Source: Candidatus Micrarchaeota archaeon (GTDB lineage Archaea; Micrarchaeota; Micrarchaeia; Micrarchaeales; Micrarchaeaceae). Taken from it: a DNA stretch of 64,000 bases. Numbering within the stretch: position 1 is the first letter of the stretch; every line of letters starts with the position of its first letter. The stretch spans positions 158,505-222,504 of the forward strand of contig JAJZAB010000001.1 in the NCBI GenBank assembly GCA_021799635.1. Direction: 5' to 3'. The translations under genes were made by a program, and so were the position numbers. The notes beneath the pieces were generated by a model that saw only the letters and a list, made by a program, of their open reading frames with translations, had not been told where the DNA came from and did not search any database. Below are positions 37,570 to 45,532 of the stretch, piece by piece.

Positions 37570-38394
37570 TCAACCTGATAGTGAATCCCTTGCTCTCCTC
37601 ATATATCCTGAAGCTTTACTCATGTCCAGCCCATTGTTGCCCCTTAGCTTGTCCTGGGCGTCTATGCTAAATAAGTTCGACCCTGTGATGCCTCTCAGTC
37701 TGCCAACCACGCTAGAGACGTTGGTATCTGAAATGCCACCGGCAAAAACAATGCCTCCGCTGGTAAGTAATCTAATTGTATTTGCAATCTGGGCAGACTC
37801 GAAAGGGTCAAATGCAGCCCCAGAGCCCCTTGATGTGTCTATAAGAATATAGTCTACTGAACTGTATGCCTGCAGCTTGCTCGGCAGCGCGGCAAAATCT
37901 GATACTTGGAGTACTACCTCGGCCAAAGGATATCTGATTTTTATTTTCCTTACTTCTTCCGGATTCGGCCATTTGCAGTTGATCTGAAGGCCGATCTTAA
38001 AGTTATGGTTGGATGAAGCGTAATCCTTGTATATGTTATCTATTAGGTAGGACACCTGTTCTGAAAGCGGCATTTCAACAAGCGCCTTCACCTTATTTTG
38101 GATATTGGTATCGATCTGATTTAGGGGCTTTGTCATGTAATGAAATGAAAGCATTACGTCGTTGTTCCCGATCGACTTCACTTTCCTGTACAGTTCTGTA
38201 GCCGCCTCTTTGGTTATATTGCTTGTATTCTCGGTAACTTCCATTATTGTCCTGTATGAAGTCTGCGCCCCAAGCATTGCCATGTGCATTCCGCTGCCTC
38301 TCTCGGAGCTTATTCTTATCAACTCTTCTGCTTCGTCAGGCTTCTCTACCCCTGTTACCCCTATGTATGGCCTTTTTGATGCGTGCATTTGCAC
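37570..38394 (-). CDS. hypothetical TIM-barrel-like protein, distant TrpF (PRA isomerase)-like C-terminal pattern
   Basis: 274 aa. ILIDTSRGSGAAFDP...IVFAGGIS resembles the phosphate-binding end of PRAI-type barrels. Weak, from memory. Confidence 0.4.
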   Translation of the reverse strand: MQMHASKRPYIGVTGVEKPDEAEELIRISSERGSGMHMAMLGAQTSYRTIMEVTENTSNITKEAATELYRKVKSIGNNDVMLSFHYMTKPLNQIDTNIQNKVKALVEMPLSEQVSYLIDNIYKDYASSNHNFKIGLQINCKWPNPEEVRKIKIRYPLAEVVLQVSDFAALPSKLQAYSSVDYILIDTSRGSGAAFDPFESAQIANTIRLLTSGGIVFAGGISDTNVSSVVGRLRGITGSNLFSIDAQDKLRGNNGLDMSKASGYMRRARDSLSG

Positions 38395-38497
38395 TATATC
38401 TGATTATCCAATTTATAATGTTTTTGATTGGATTACAATAGGTTTTTATCCTTTTGTAGAGTATTATCTTAAATTGGTTTAGCGACCAGGTAATTTG

Positions 38498-39583
38498 ATG
38501 GATTCCCTTAGTCCTGATGACGAGGAGATATTACGGTTTATTGAGAGTTCCAAACCGAAAATATATGTTGTTGGCACAGGAGGCAGCGGCAGCAATACGA
38601 TAACAAGGTTGTCGAGCATAGGAGTCCAGGGCGCAACCCTTATAGCTATGAATACTGACGCACCGCACCTGGTAAAGACGAAGGCTGAGAGGAAGCTGCT
38701 GCTTGGTAAGAAGATAACAAAAGGCATGGGAGCTGGAAGTGACATAAAGGTTGGGGAGGAGGCTGCAATTGAGAGCAAGGAGGAGATACGCCACGTGCTT
38801 TCAGATGCGCAGCTTGTATTTGTTACGTGTGGACTTGGTGGAGGCACTGGAACGGGCTCCATTTCTACCATAGCACACCAGGCCCGCGAAGCTGGGGCGC
38901 TGACGGTGGCAATAGTAACCCTTCCATTCTCGAGCGAGGGGCGCACCAGGATGAGAAATGCGCTGGAGGGGCTGTCAAAACTTAAAAAAGTGACAGATAC
39001 AGTGATTATAATACACAACAACAAGCTACTTTCGGTAGCTCCGGACCTGCCTCTCAACATGGCATTCAGGGTATCTGACGAGGTACTTGCAGGAGCCACA
39101 AAAGGCATAGTTGAAATGGTGACGAAGCCTGGAATGGTAAACATAGATTTTGCTGACCTGAGGAGCGTTTTGAAAGAATCCGGCTACGCAGTTATAGGCA
39201 CCGGCGAAGGCATGCCTTCGAATGACGGAATTGGCAGGTCTACCATTGCCCTGGAAAACGCGATAAAGAGCCCCCTACTGGATGCAGACCTTTCCAGCGC
39301 AGGAAGGGCCCTTGTCAACATAGTTGGCGGGGAGAGCTTGACATTAAGAGAAGCGGAAAACATTTTTCAGGATGTAGCGAGCAGGATAAAGGGCGACGCT
39401 ATGCTGAAGTGGGGTGCAAGGATAGACCAGGATATGCAGAGGGATGCCATAAAAGTAATGCTTGTGATAAGCGGTGTCGATTTTCCCGAGTATACGGAAG
39501 AGGGCTTGTCAAAGAAAATACGGGAGAATGAGGACCTGGACCTTGATGAATTGTTTGAGGGCAGCGATGCAAAGAAGCGCTAA
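38498..39583 (+). CDS. ftsZ: cell division GTPase FtsZ
   Basis: Tubulin signature GLGGGTGTG, NTDAPHL, VIIIHNNKL. ATG 38498 directly follows the listed TTG 38495. Confidence 0.9.
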   Translation: MDSLSPDDEEILRFIESSKPKIYVVGTGGSGSNTITRLSSIGVQGATLIAMNTDAPHLVKTKAERKLLLGKKITKGMGAGSDIKVGEEAAIESKEEIRHVLSDAQLVFVTCGLGGGTGTGSISTIAHQAREAGALTVAIVTLPFSSEGRTRMRNALEGLSKLKKVTDTVIIIHNNKLLSVAPDLPLNMAFRVSDEVLAGATKGIVEMVTKPGMVNIDFADLRSVLKESGYAVIGTGEGMPSNDGIGRSTIALENAIKSPLLDADLSSAGRALVNIVGGESLTLREAENIFQDVASRIKGDAMLKWGARIDQDMQRDAIKVMLVISGVDFPEYTEEGLSKKIRENEDLDLDELFEGSDAKKR

Positions 39584-39762
39584 TTCTTCTCCATTTTTTT
39601 GGTGGTAGTGCCCCTTAGCTCTTTCTTGTTTATCTTCCTTTTAAGTATTATCCCGTTTTTGTAGCACCTGCTCGAGCAGAAATAGCTTAGATTCCCGGTT
39701 TTATGCACGTACATTATGCCTGAGCCGCTCCTTAACTCTGTTGAGCAGTATGAACACTTCAT
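39580..39762 (-). CDS. rpl24e: ribosomal protein L24e
   Basis: MKCSYCSTEL...YFCSSRCYKN zinc-ribbon-like eL24 N-terminus. Conserved position after S28e. Confidence 0.85.
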   Translation of the reverse strand: MKCSYCSTELRSGSGIMYVHKTGNLSYFCSSRCYKNGIILKRKINKKELRGTTTKKMEKN

Positions 39763-39770
39763 CCAAACAC

Positions 39771-40010
39771 TTATTTTACCCTTATTTCCTTAGCTTCCCT
39801 GCTGGTGTCTGGCAGCCTTACAATATCCCCTATCCTTGAAGGACCCAGCATGTTCCTCCTTATTATCCTGCCCTTGTCCTTCCCTTCGAGAATCCTGCAG
39901 CTAACTGAATATATCTCTCCGTATATTCCAGTCTTTGCCTTTGTGTTTATTTCAACTATTTCGGCAAGGTAGCCTGAAAACTGCCTTTGCTGCTTTTGGA
40001 TTTCATCCAT
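39771..40010 (-). CDS. rps28e: ribosomal protein S28e
   Basis: AEIVEI...CRILEGKDKGRIIRRNMLGPSRIGDIVRL...REAKEI matches the eS28 pattern. ATG 40010 preferred. Confidence 0.85.
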   Translation of the reverse strand: MDEIQKQQRQFSGYLAEIVEINTKAKTGIYGEIYSVSCRILEGKDKGRIIRRNMLGPSRIGDIVRLPDTSREAKEIRVK

Positions 40011-40025
40011 AAAAATCAACGTGTG

Positions 40026-40508
40026 TCACTTTTTTTCCTCTTTTTCCTTGTTCGCCCCTTCCGCTTTCTTCTCGTGTTTTGGAGCGGCTTCTGGCTTTTC
40101 TGGTTTTTCTGTCTTTTCTGGCTTTTCAGCTTTGTGGGGACTTGCAGAGGTACCTGTTATCCTACCTGTAAGGTCCCTTATTGCCTGTGCTGCATTGCCC
40201 TGATTCTCAACTGCTATGGCGGCGCACGGCACGCTTAGACCTATAGACTTGCCGAGTTCTATCTTGCTTGGGACGTAGGTGAATGCTATCCTTTTCTGCT
40301 CGCACAGTGATGGTATGTGCATAACGACCTCTTCCGGCTCTACATCTGTGGCTATTACTACGAAAGACGCCATGCCCCTCTCTACGCTTTTCGTCACCTC
40401 GTTGGCGCCCTTCCTTACCGAGCCAGATTGCTTTGCCATCTGCAAAGCCTCGTACGTCTTCGAGACTACTTCTCCAGATACCTCAAACTTTATATAAGAT
40501 TTTGCCAT
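40026..40508 (-). CDS. rpl7ae: ribosomal protein L7Ae (k-turn binding) with K/E/P-rich C-terminal extension
   Basis: VRKGANEVTKSVERG, VVIATDVEPEEVVMHIPSLCE. ATG 40508 preceded by GGTG. About 43 extra C-terminal residues (PEKTEKPEKPE...). Confidence 0.9.
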   Translation of the reverse strand: MAKSYIKFEVSGEVVSKTYEALQMAKQSGSVRKGANEVTKSVERGMASFVVIATDVEPEEVVMHIPSLCEQKRIAFTYVPSKIELGKSIGLSVPCAAIAVENQGNAAQAIRDLTGRITGTSASPHKAEKPEKTEKPEKPEAAPKHEKKAEGANKEKEEKK

Positions 40509-40517
40509 ATATAACAC

Positions 40518-40539
40518 CTGTCGGTTTTACTTCATCCAG
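40518..40539 (-). promoter_or_regulatory. k-turn/k-loop-like hairpin in the rpl7ae 5' leader, overlapping the Shine-Dalgarno
   Basis: mRNA sense is CUG-GAU-GA-AG-UAAAA-CC-GA-CAG. This gives a 3-bp C-stem CUG/CAG, a 3-nt bulge GAU, tandem sheared G.A/A.G candidates and a short NC stem/loop. It is followed directly by GGUG-UUAUAU-AUG. Confidence 0.4.
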
Positions 40540-40696
40540 TTTATATTATCGTAAAGAATCTGAGATTCTACAGTTCAGACTTGATAAAAAGACAGTAGAT
40601 ATCTTATTCATATAGCTATTTATACCTTGCGCAGCTCGGCCCAGTGCTCGGTGCAAAAGTATGCGCGTCGTATTTACCTGCAGCCGGGCTGTCAGC

Positions 40697-42889
40697 TTAC
40701 TCCATGAATTGCTCTGGCTTTGGAGGCTCCTCTGGCTGCCCCTTCCTTTTCCTTATTTCCCTTACTACCTTATTCTGAAGTTCTGCGGGCATCTTCTCAT
40801 AGCCAGCAAACTCGTTGTACCATATCGCCCTTCCCTGCGTCATGCCCCTGAGGTCGTTGGAGAAGCCCTTTATGACCTCAGCGACAGGCATTTTGGCAAG
40901 CAGCGATGCCTGGCCGCTCTCTTGCTCTATGTTGAGTATCTGGCCCCTCTTGCTTTGGAGGAAGGATATTATGTCTGACATGTAGTCCAGCGGTATGTTT
41001 ATTGTAAAGTTCTGCTTTGGTTCTAGCAGCATTACTCCGGAGCTGAGCATTCCTGCGTATATTGCCCTTTTGATAGCCGGAATTATCTGAGCTGGGCCTC
41101 TGTGGACCGGATCCTCGTGTATTGTGGCGTCTACTATGCTTACAAGCACGCCTGAGCACTTTTCCCTAGCTAGCGGCCCATCCTGCATGGCCTCGTTAAA
41201 TCCATCGATAAGCAGTTCCATTACCTCGTTCATGTACTGCACGCCCTTGGTTACATCTGCCAGCATGCACTTGTTGGTTATTTGCTCTATCTCTTTCGCT
41301 GTTGTCCTTTCAAGGCCTGCAGAAACCATGGCCTCTATTGTTGCCTGCCCTTTTGGCTTCCCTTCCCTTATTGCCCCTTCATCTATGGCCTTCTGCACGC
41401 CATCAGGAAGCGGCTCTACGGTTATGTAGAATTTTGTATGCTTGTTTGGCGATTTTCCTTCAACCGGGCCGAACTTCTTTTCTATCGTCTCGTGGTACAC
41501 TACTATAGGCTCGCTTGTGTCTATCGGTATGCCAAACTCGTCCCTAATCTTAGTTTCAACAGTTTCTAGATGCAGTTCTCCCATTCCGCTTATGAGGTGT
41601 TCCCCTGTCTCTTGATTTATCTCCACCTTGAGGGTCGGATCCTCCTTTGAAAGCACCCTGAGTGCCTCTATGAGCTTGGTCGTATCCCTTGAGTCTTTTC
41701 CCTCTATGGCTTTCGTAACAACAGGCTGTGAATAGTGCTTTATCTGCTCGAACGGCTCTATCAGGTTCTCGCTCAGCGTGTCTCCCACTGAAAGGTCCTT
41801 TACGCCTACTATAGCTGCTATGTTGCCTGCCGGTATCACATCCACAGTTACCTTGTCAGGTCCCATGTATATCCCGACCTGGGATACCTTCTGTACCTGT
41901 GACTTACCGGACACGTGCATTTCCATGCCCTTCCTTATTCCGCCGGAGAATACCCTGCCAACTGCAACTTCGCCGCTATGCTGGTCGTACTTTATTCCGA
42001 ATATTACTATGTTTGTCTTTGCATTTATCTCGGCGTCCAACATCGCCTTCCCGTCTGGGGTATTTAGGTCGCCGTGCCAGATCTGCGGTATCCTGTACGG
42101 CTGGGCCTCCTTTGGATTCGGAAGGTGTTCTACTACCATGGCAAGAGCGGCCTCATCTATCGGGCAAATCTGCTGCAGTTTCTGTATCTCATTTTTCTCC
42201 GTTAGGTCAAAGATATCCTTGAATGTTACCTTCCTTGTTTCCATTATTCTTTTTGATATGGCCCACTTCATCTTGGCAGAGCCGAACGCCACGCTCCCCC
42301 CTTCGACACTCACCTTCCACTTATCCGCGAATTCCTTGGGGGCGAACTGCTCTATCATGGTGTTTATGTCATTTATCAGTTTAAGCAGCCTTTGAAATGT
42401 TTGTTCCTGTGTGAGCCTGAGCTCTGTAAGGAGCCTGTCTACCTTGTTGAAGAACAGCACCGGCTTGGCCTTCTCCTTCATGGCCTGCCGCAGCACGGTC
42501 TCTGTCTGTGGCATTATCCCCTCTACAGGGTCAACCACGAGTATAACACCGTCTATTGCTCGCATTGCTCTTGTCACGTGGCCGCCGAAGTCCACGTGCC
42601 CTGGGGTATCTATTAGGTTGATTATGTAGTCTTCATCCTTATAGTTGAATCCGAATGATATGTATGCCGATTTTATGGTCATTCTCCTGTCCTTCTCTAT
42701 ATCCTCGTAGTTTGTATATAGTACATCTCCTGCCACGCTTTTTGATATCAGACCGGCCATAGCCAATAGGGAATCTGTTAGTGTAGTCTTTCCGTGGTGC
42801 ACATGCGCTATTATTCCTACGTTCCTTATGTGCTTGTGGTCGTTCATCATCTTGGCTACTTCATCAACTATGTATTCCTTTTTGACCAT
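40697..42889 (-). CDS. fusA: translation elongation factor 2 (aEF-2)
   Basis: G1 AHVHHGKTT, DTPGHVDF, NKVDR, and the diphthamide-loop HEDPVHRGPAQ. 730 aa. Confidence 0.95.
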   Translation of the reverse strand: MVKKEYIVDEVAKMMNDHKHIRNVGIIAHVHHGKTTLTDSLLAMAGLISKSVAGDVLYTNYEDIEKDRRMTIKSAYISFGFNYKDEDYIINLIDTPGHVDFGGHVTRAMRAIDGVILVVDPVEGIMPQTETVLRQAMKEKAKPVLFFNKVDRLLTELRLTQEQTFQRLLKLINDINTMIEQFAPKEFADKWKVSVEGGSVAFGSAKMKWAISKRIMETRKVTFKDIFDLTEKNEIQKLQQICPIDEAALAMVVEHLPNPKEAQPYRIPQIWHGDLNTPDGKAMLDAEINAKTNIVIFGIKYDQHSGEVAVGRVFSGGIRKGMEMHVSGKSQVQKVSQVGIYMGPDKVTVDVIPAGNIAAIVGVKDLSVGDTLSENLIEPFEQIKHYSQPVVTKAIEGKDSRDTTKLIEALRVLSKEDPTLKVEINQETGEHLISGMGELHLETVETKIRDEFGIPIDTSEPIVVYHETIEKKFGPVEGKSPNKHTKFYITVEPLPDGVQKAIDEGAIREGKPKGQATIEAMVSAGLERTTAKEIEQITNKCMLADVTKGVQYMNEVMELLIDGFNEAMQDGPLAREKCSGVLVSIVDATIHEDPVHRGPAQIIPAIKRAIYAGMLSSGVMLLEPKQNFTINIPLDYMSDIISFLQSKRGQILNIEQESGQASLLAKMPVAEVIKGFSNDLRGMTQGRAIWYNEFAGYEKMPAELQNKVVREIRKRKGQPEEPPKPEQFME

Positions 42890-42913
42890 ATAACATCACT
42901 ATACCTAAACTGG

Positions 42914-43678
42914 CTACTTGGCGCTCCTTGCCATCCTTTCTGTCTCATTTTTCCTCTTTATAGCGTAACTGTTGACATCGTTGTTTGAGGCTAGGATTAG
43001 TTCATTTGCCATTGACTGCGCAATGGTTCTCTTGTTTCTAAAGGCGCTTGTAACCGTGGCCATGCCTATATTCCTGAGCGCAACATCAAGCCTTCTGCTG
43101 GCGCTTATGTCTACTGCCACATTGGATACTATGCCTCCGTACCTTACCCTCGTTGTGTCCTCTATGGGGGCGCTGTTCTCCAAGGCCATCACAAGTATCT
43201 GTATTGGATTCTTGCCCGTCTGCCTGCTTATGATGCCGAATGCTTCATCGATTGTCTTCATCGCCTTTATCTTCTTGCCCTGCATCCTTCCTTTGGTCCT
43301 TATCACTCTGCCTCCAACTTTTCCTCCTGTGCCGCCACGCATTATAGAATTTTCAAGCCTCTCTATTATGTTTACGTTTGATTTGTGAAATTGGTTCTGG
43401 CTTTTTCTCCCAAAAGAGTGCGGATATGATATTGGTGTGAGGTTTATGTAGTTTCGCAGGCTCTGATCCAAAACCTCAATTCCGTCATAGCTATATTTGC
43501 CGAAAAGCAGCACCGGGCCCGACTTTATGTGCATTTCTTTTTGCGGCGCAGCACCCTGTGGGGCAGTTTTTGCAGGCTTTCTTGCAGCCTTTTTCGGCTT
43601 AGCCTCTGCGGCGCCGGGAGCCACTGCATCGGCCTTTACTGGATCAATCTTTTCATCATTAAGCTGTTCTCCGGGCAT
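42914..43678 (-). CDS. rps7: ribosomal protein S7 (uS7), possibly with an A/P/K-rich N-terminal extension
   Basis: uS7 core (LLFGKYSYDGIEVLDQSL..., NSAPIEDTTRVRYGG, AIKRKNETERMA). ATG 43678 lies 4 nt after the S12 stop. Alternative internal ATG at 43534 (MHIKSGP...). Confidence 0.9.
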   Translation of the reverse strand: MPGEQLNDEKIDPVKADAVAPGAAEAKPKKAARKPAKTAPQGAAPQKEMHIKSGPVLLFGKYSYDGIEVLDQSLRNYINLTPISYPHSFGRKSQNQFHKSNVNIIERLENSIMRGGTGGKVGGRVIRTKGRMQGKKIKAMKTIDEAFGIISRQTGKNPIQILVMALENSAPIEDTTRVRYGGIVSNVAVDISASRRLDVALRNIGMATVTSAFRNKRTIAQSMANELILASNNDVNSYAIKRKNETERMARSAK

Positions 43679-43682
43679 TGAA

Positions 43683-44111
43683 TCATCTCTTCTGCTTCTC
43701 CTGCTTGCCCTTTATTATCTGCACTAGGTTGGTACCATTTACTTCAACAACCTTATACTTCCATCCCGGTATGCAGCCCATCTGCCCCCTCTGGGAGCCT
43801 CCCAGACCCTCTATTGTAACCTCATCGTGCTCGTCTATGAAGCTTATAGATCCGTCCCCTGGCACGTAGCATCCTACAACCTTTCCGTTTTTGATGAGTT
43901 GTGCCTTGACGCCCTTTATCTGGCCCGAATGGGGCTGTTTCTGCTCTACCGATATCTTTTGAAGAACCAGGGCCTTGGCTCTTGGAACTGTACCCATGGC
44001 ATCATACTTCTGTTTCAGCTTAAGCTTTTTCCTTTTTAGCCATTTCTTTAGCATCCTCTGGTGCTTTCTCTGCCTTAGCAGTTTCCTTGCTGCAAATTCT
44101 CCGTTTGGCAT
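43683..44111 (-). CDS. rps12: ribosomal protein S12 (uS12)
   Basis: KGVKAQLIKNGKVVGCYVPGDG...DEHDEVTIEGLGG...IPGWKYKVVEVNG matches the archaeal uS12 pattern. Confidence 0.9.
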   Translation of the reverse strand: MPNGEFAARKLLRQRKHQRMLKKWLKRKKLKLKQKYDAMGTVPRAKALVLQKISVEQKQPHSGQIKGVKAQLIKNGKVVGCYVPGDGSISFIDEHDEVTIEGLGGSQRGQMGCIPGWKYKVVEVNGTNLVQIIKGKQEKQKR

Positions 44112-44122
44112 TGTAATCCTCT

Positions 44123-44416
44123 TTAGTATTTAAGTATATTCGAATTTCCCGGTTCTATTATTGATAATACGGAAACTGAGAAGGGTTTGCCGCACACGGC
44201 GCCGAGCTCTACCGGGTTGCCATCAAATTTCAGCAATTTTATTTCAGCTACGCCGGCTACGTGTACAATATCCCTCAACCTTGAAGTTTCGCTACTCTTG
44301 GCTAATATTATAAGCTTTGCATCATTCCTTTTTATAGACTTTGTCACCATGTTCATGCCTATGGCTACCTTGCCGCTGTCTACAGCTAAACGTATATCAT
44401 TGGTTAAGTCCGTCAT
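44123..44416 (-). CDS. rpl30e: ribosomal protein L30e
   Basis: 97 aa. AVDSGKVAIGMNMVTKSI...AKLIILA...ELGAVCGKPFSVSVLSI matches the eL30 fold pattern. Confidence 0.85.
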   Translation of the reverse strand: MTDLTNDIRLAVDSGKVAIGMNMVTKSIKRNDAKLIILAKSSETSRLRDIVHVAGVAEIKLLKFDGNPVELGAVCGKPFSVSVLSIIEPGNSNILKY

Positions 44417-44530
44417 AAACCATCCCGGGCTAAAGTTTGGTGACTTCCTTTAATCCTATAAGGCACAAACAGCAGGATGATTAATATGTAGAGCAAAAAT
44501 ATATAAATATTGATAAATCGCGTTTTGACG

Positions 44531-45532
44531 CTAGTCCTGTAGAACGTAGTTGCAGCCTTGCGGCTGGGTTATTGCACCGCTCAGTATAAGCTTGAAATAG
44601 CCAAGGTAGGGTATCCTTGCTATCACTTTACCTTCAACATTGCTTTGGTTTGATGGAATGTTGGAATACTGCATGTCCAGGCCTGGGTTGTTATCCCCTT
44701 TGGTCAGGTAATAGGACTCCCCATCGGCATTAATTATTGCATAGACCCTGTGTACCACGTAGCTGTCCCCCTCCCTGTAGAATAAATCCTGCGGCAGGGT
44801 TTTGTATACTATTATGGTGTTGTTGTTATCCCCTTTTATCACAGTGGTGCCTATGGTTATCGAAGTGAGGGCTGCCTCCTGCATTGTTGTGCCGTTATTG
44901 AAAACTACGCTTGTGGTGCCGCATTGGTATTTGACCAGGTTGTTCTGCTGCTGCGAGTATGGCACTATTACGCCGCCGGTGCCTTCCGGCTTGAAAAGCC
45001 CTATGGAGTAACCGGGCAGAAGCACCTGTGAAATGTTTACTGCGGCGCCATTTACATCGTATGCAACGCACTCCAGCGATTCGTTATTTATATTTTTTAG
45101 CATTTTCTGCATGGCTGCAGCAGTTACATCTACAGTTGGAGCCTTTATTGTACTGGAATTTGCACCTTTAAGGACTATCATATCCCCTCGCTGCAGATAC
45201 GGAAGCATGCTGCAGCTCGGCACGGCATCTAACGGGTAGTTTGTATGCAGTATTATTTTAAGTGAAAACCACGCAATCACTACCAGTACTATGGCCCCCA
45301 CCATTTCCAGGAGGTTCTTTATCCTGTCTTCCTGCTGCGAGCCGTTTATAACCTCTATAATCAGGAGGGCAAATATTAGGATAAAAGTTGCACTGCCGAA
45401 TGCCGTAGCTAGCGCGCCAATCTTCTGGTAAAAAATGTACAATAGAAATACTACAACAAGAAGCACGTAAAGAGGCCACGTTGTTATAAGCTCCTTACTG
45501 TTGACGCGTTTTTTATCCTTTTTACCTGCCAA
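44531..45532 (-). CDS. signal peptidase I (archaeal Sec11/S26B type) with a large insertion
   Basis: N-terminal TM segments, catalytic-Ser box VPSCSMLPYLQRGDMIVL, His box YVVHRV, and TKGDNN box. Confidence 0.7.
   Translation of the reverse strand: MAGKKDKKRVNSKELITTWPLYVLLVVVFLLYIFYQKIGALATAFGSATFILIFALLIIEVINGSQQEDRIKNLLEMVGAIVLVVIAWFSLKIILHTNYPLDAVPSCSMLPYLQRGDMIVLKGANSSTIKAPTVDVTAAAMQKMLKNINNESLECVAYDVNGAAVNISQVLLPGYSIGLFKPEGTGGVIVPYSQQQNNLVKYQCGTTSVVFNNGTTMQEAALTSITIGTTVIKGDNNNTIIVYKTLPQDLFYREGDSYVVHRVYAIINADGESYYLTKGDNNPGLDMQYSNIPSNQSNVEGKVIARIPYLGYFKLILSGAITQPQGCNYVLQD

Noticed and set aside
38479-39144. 221-aa ORF on the minus strand opposite ftsZ
   Set aside because: It lies entirely antisense to a strongly supported FtsZ gene (GGGTGTG and other motifs). 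Its S/P/A-rich low-complexity translation is typical of a shadow ORF.
40060-40140. Short tandem DNA repeats (ggcttttctgg-like units) that at first glance could be a micro-repeat array
   Set aside because: They lie inside the rpl7ae reading frame and encode the PEKxEK tail. Units are 9-15 nt and imperfect, with no spacer structure, so this is not CRISPR-like.
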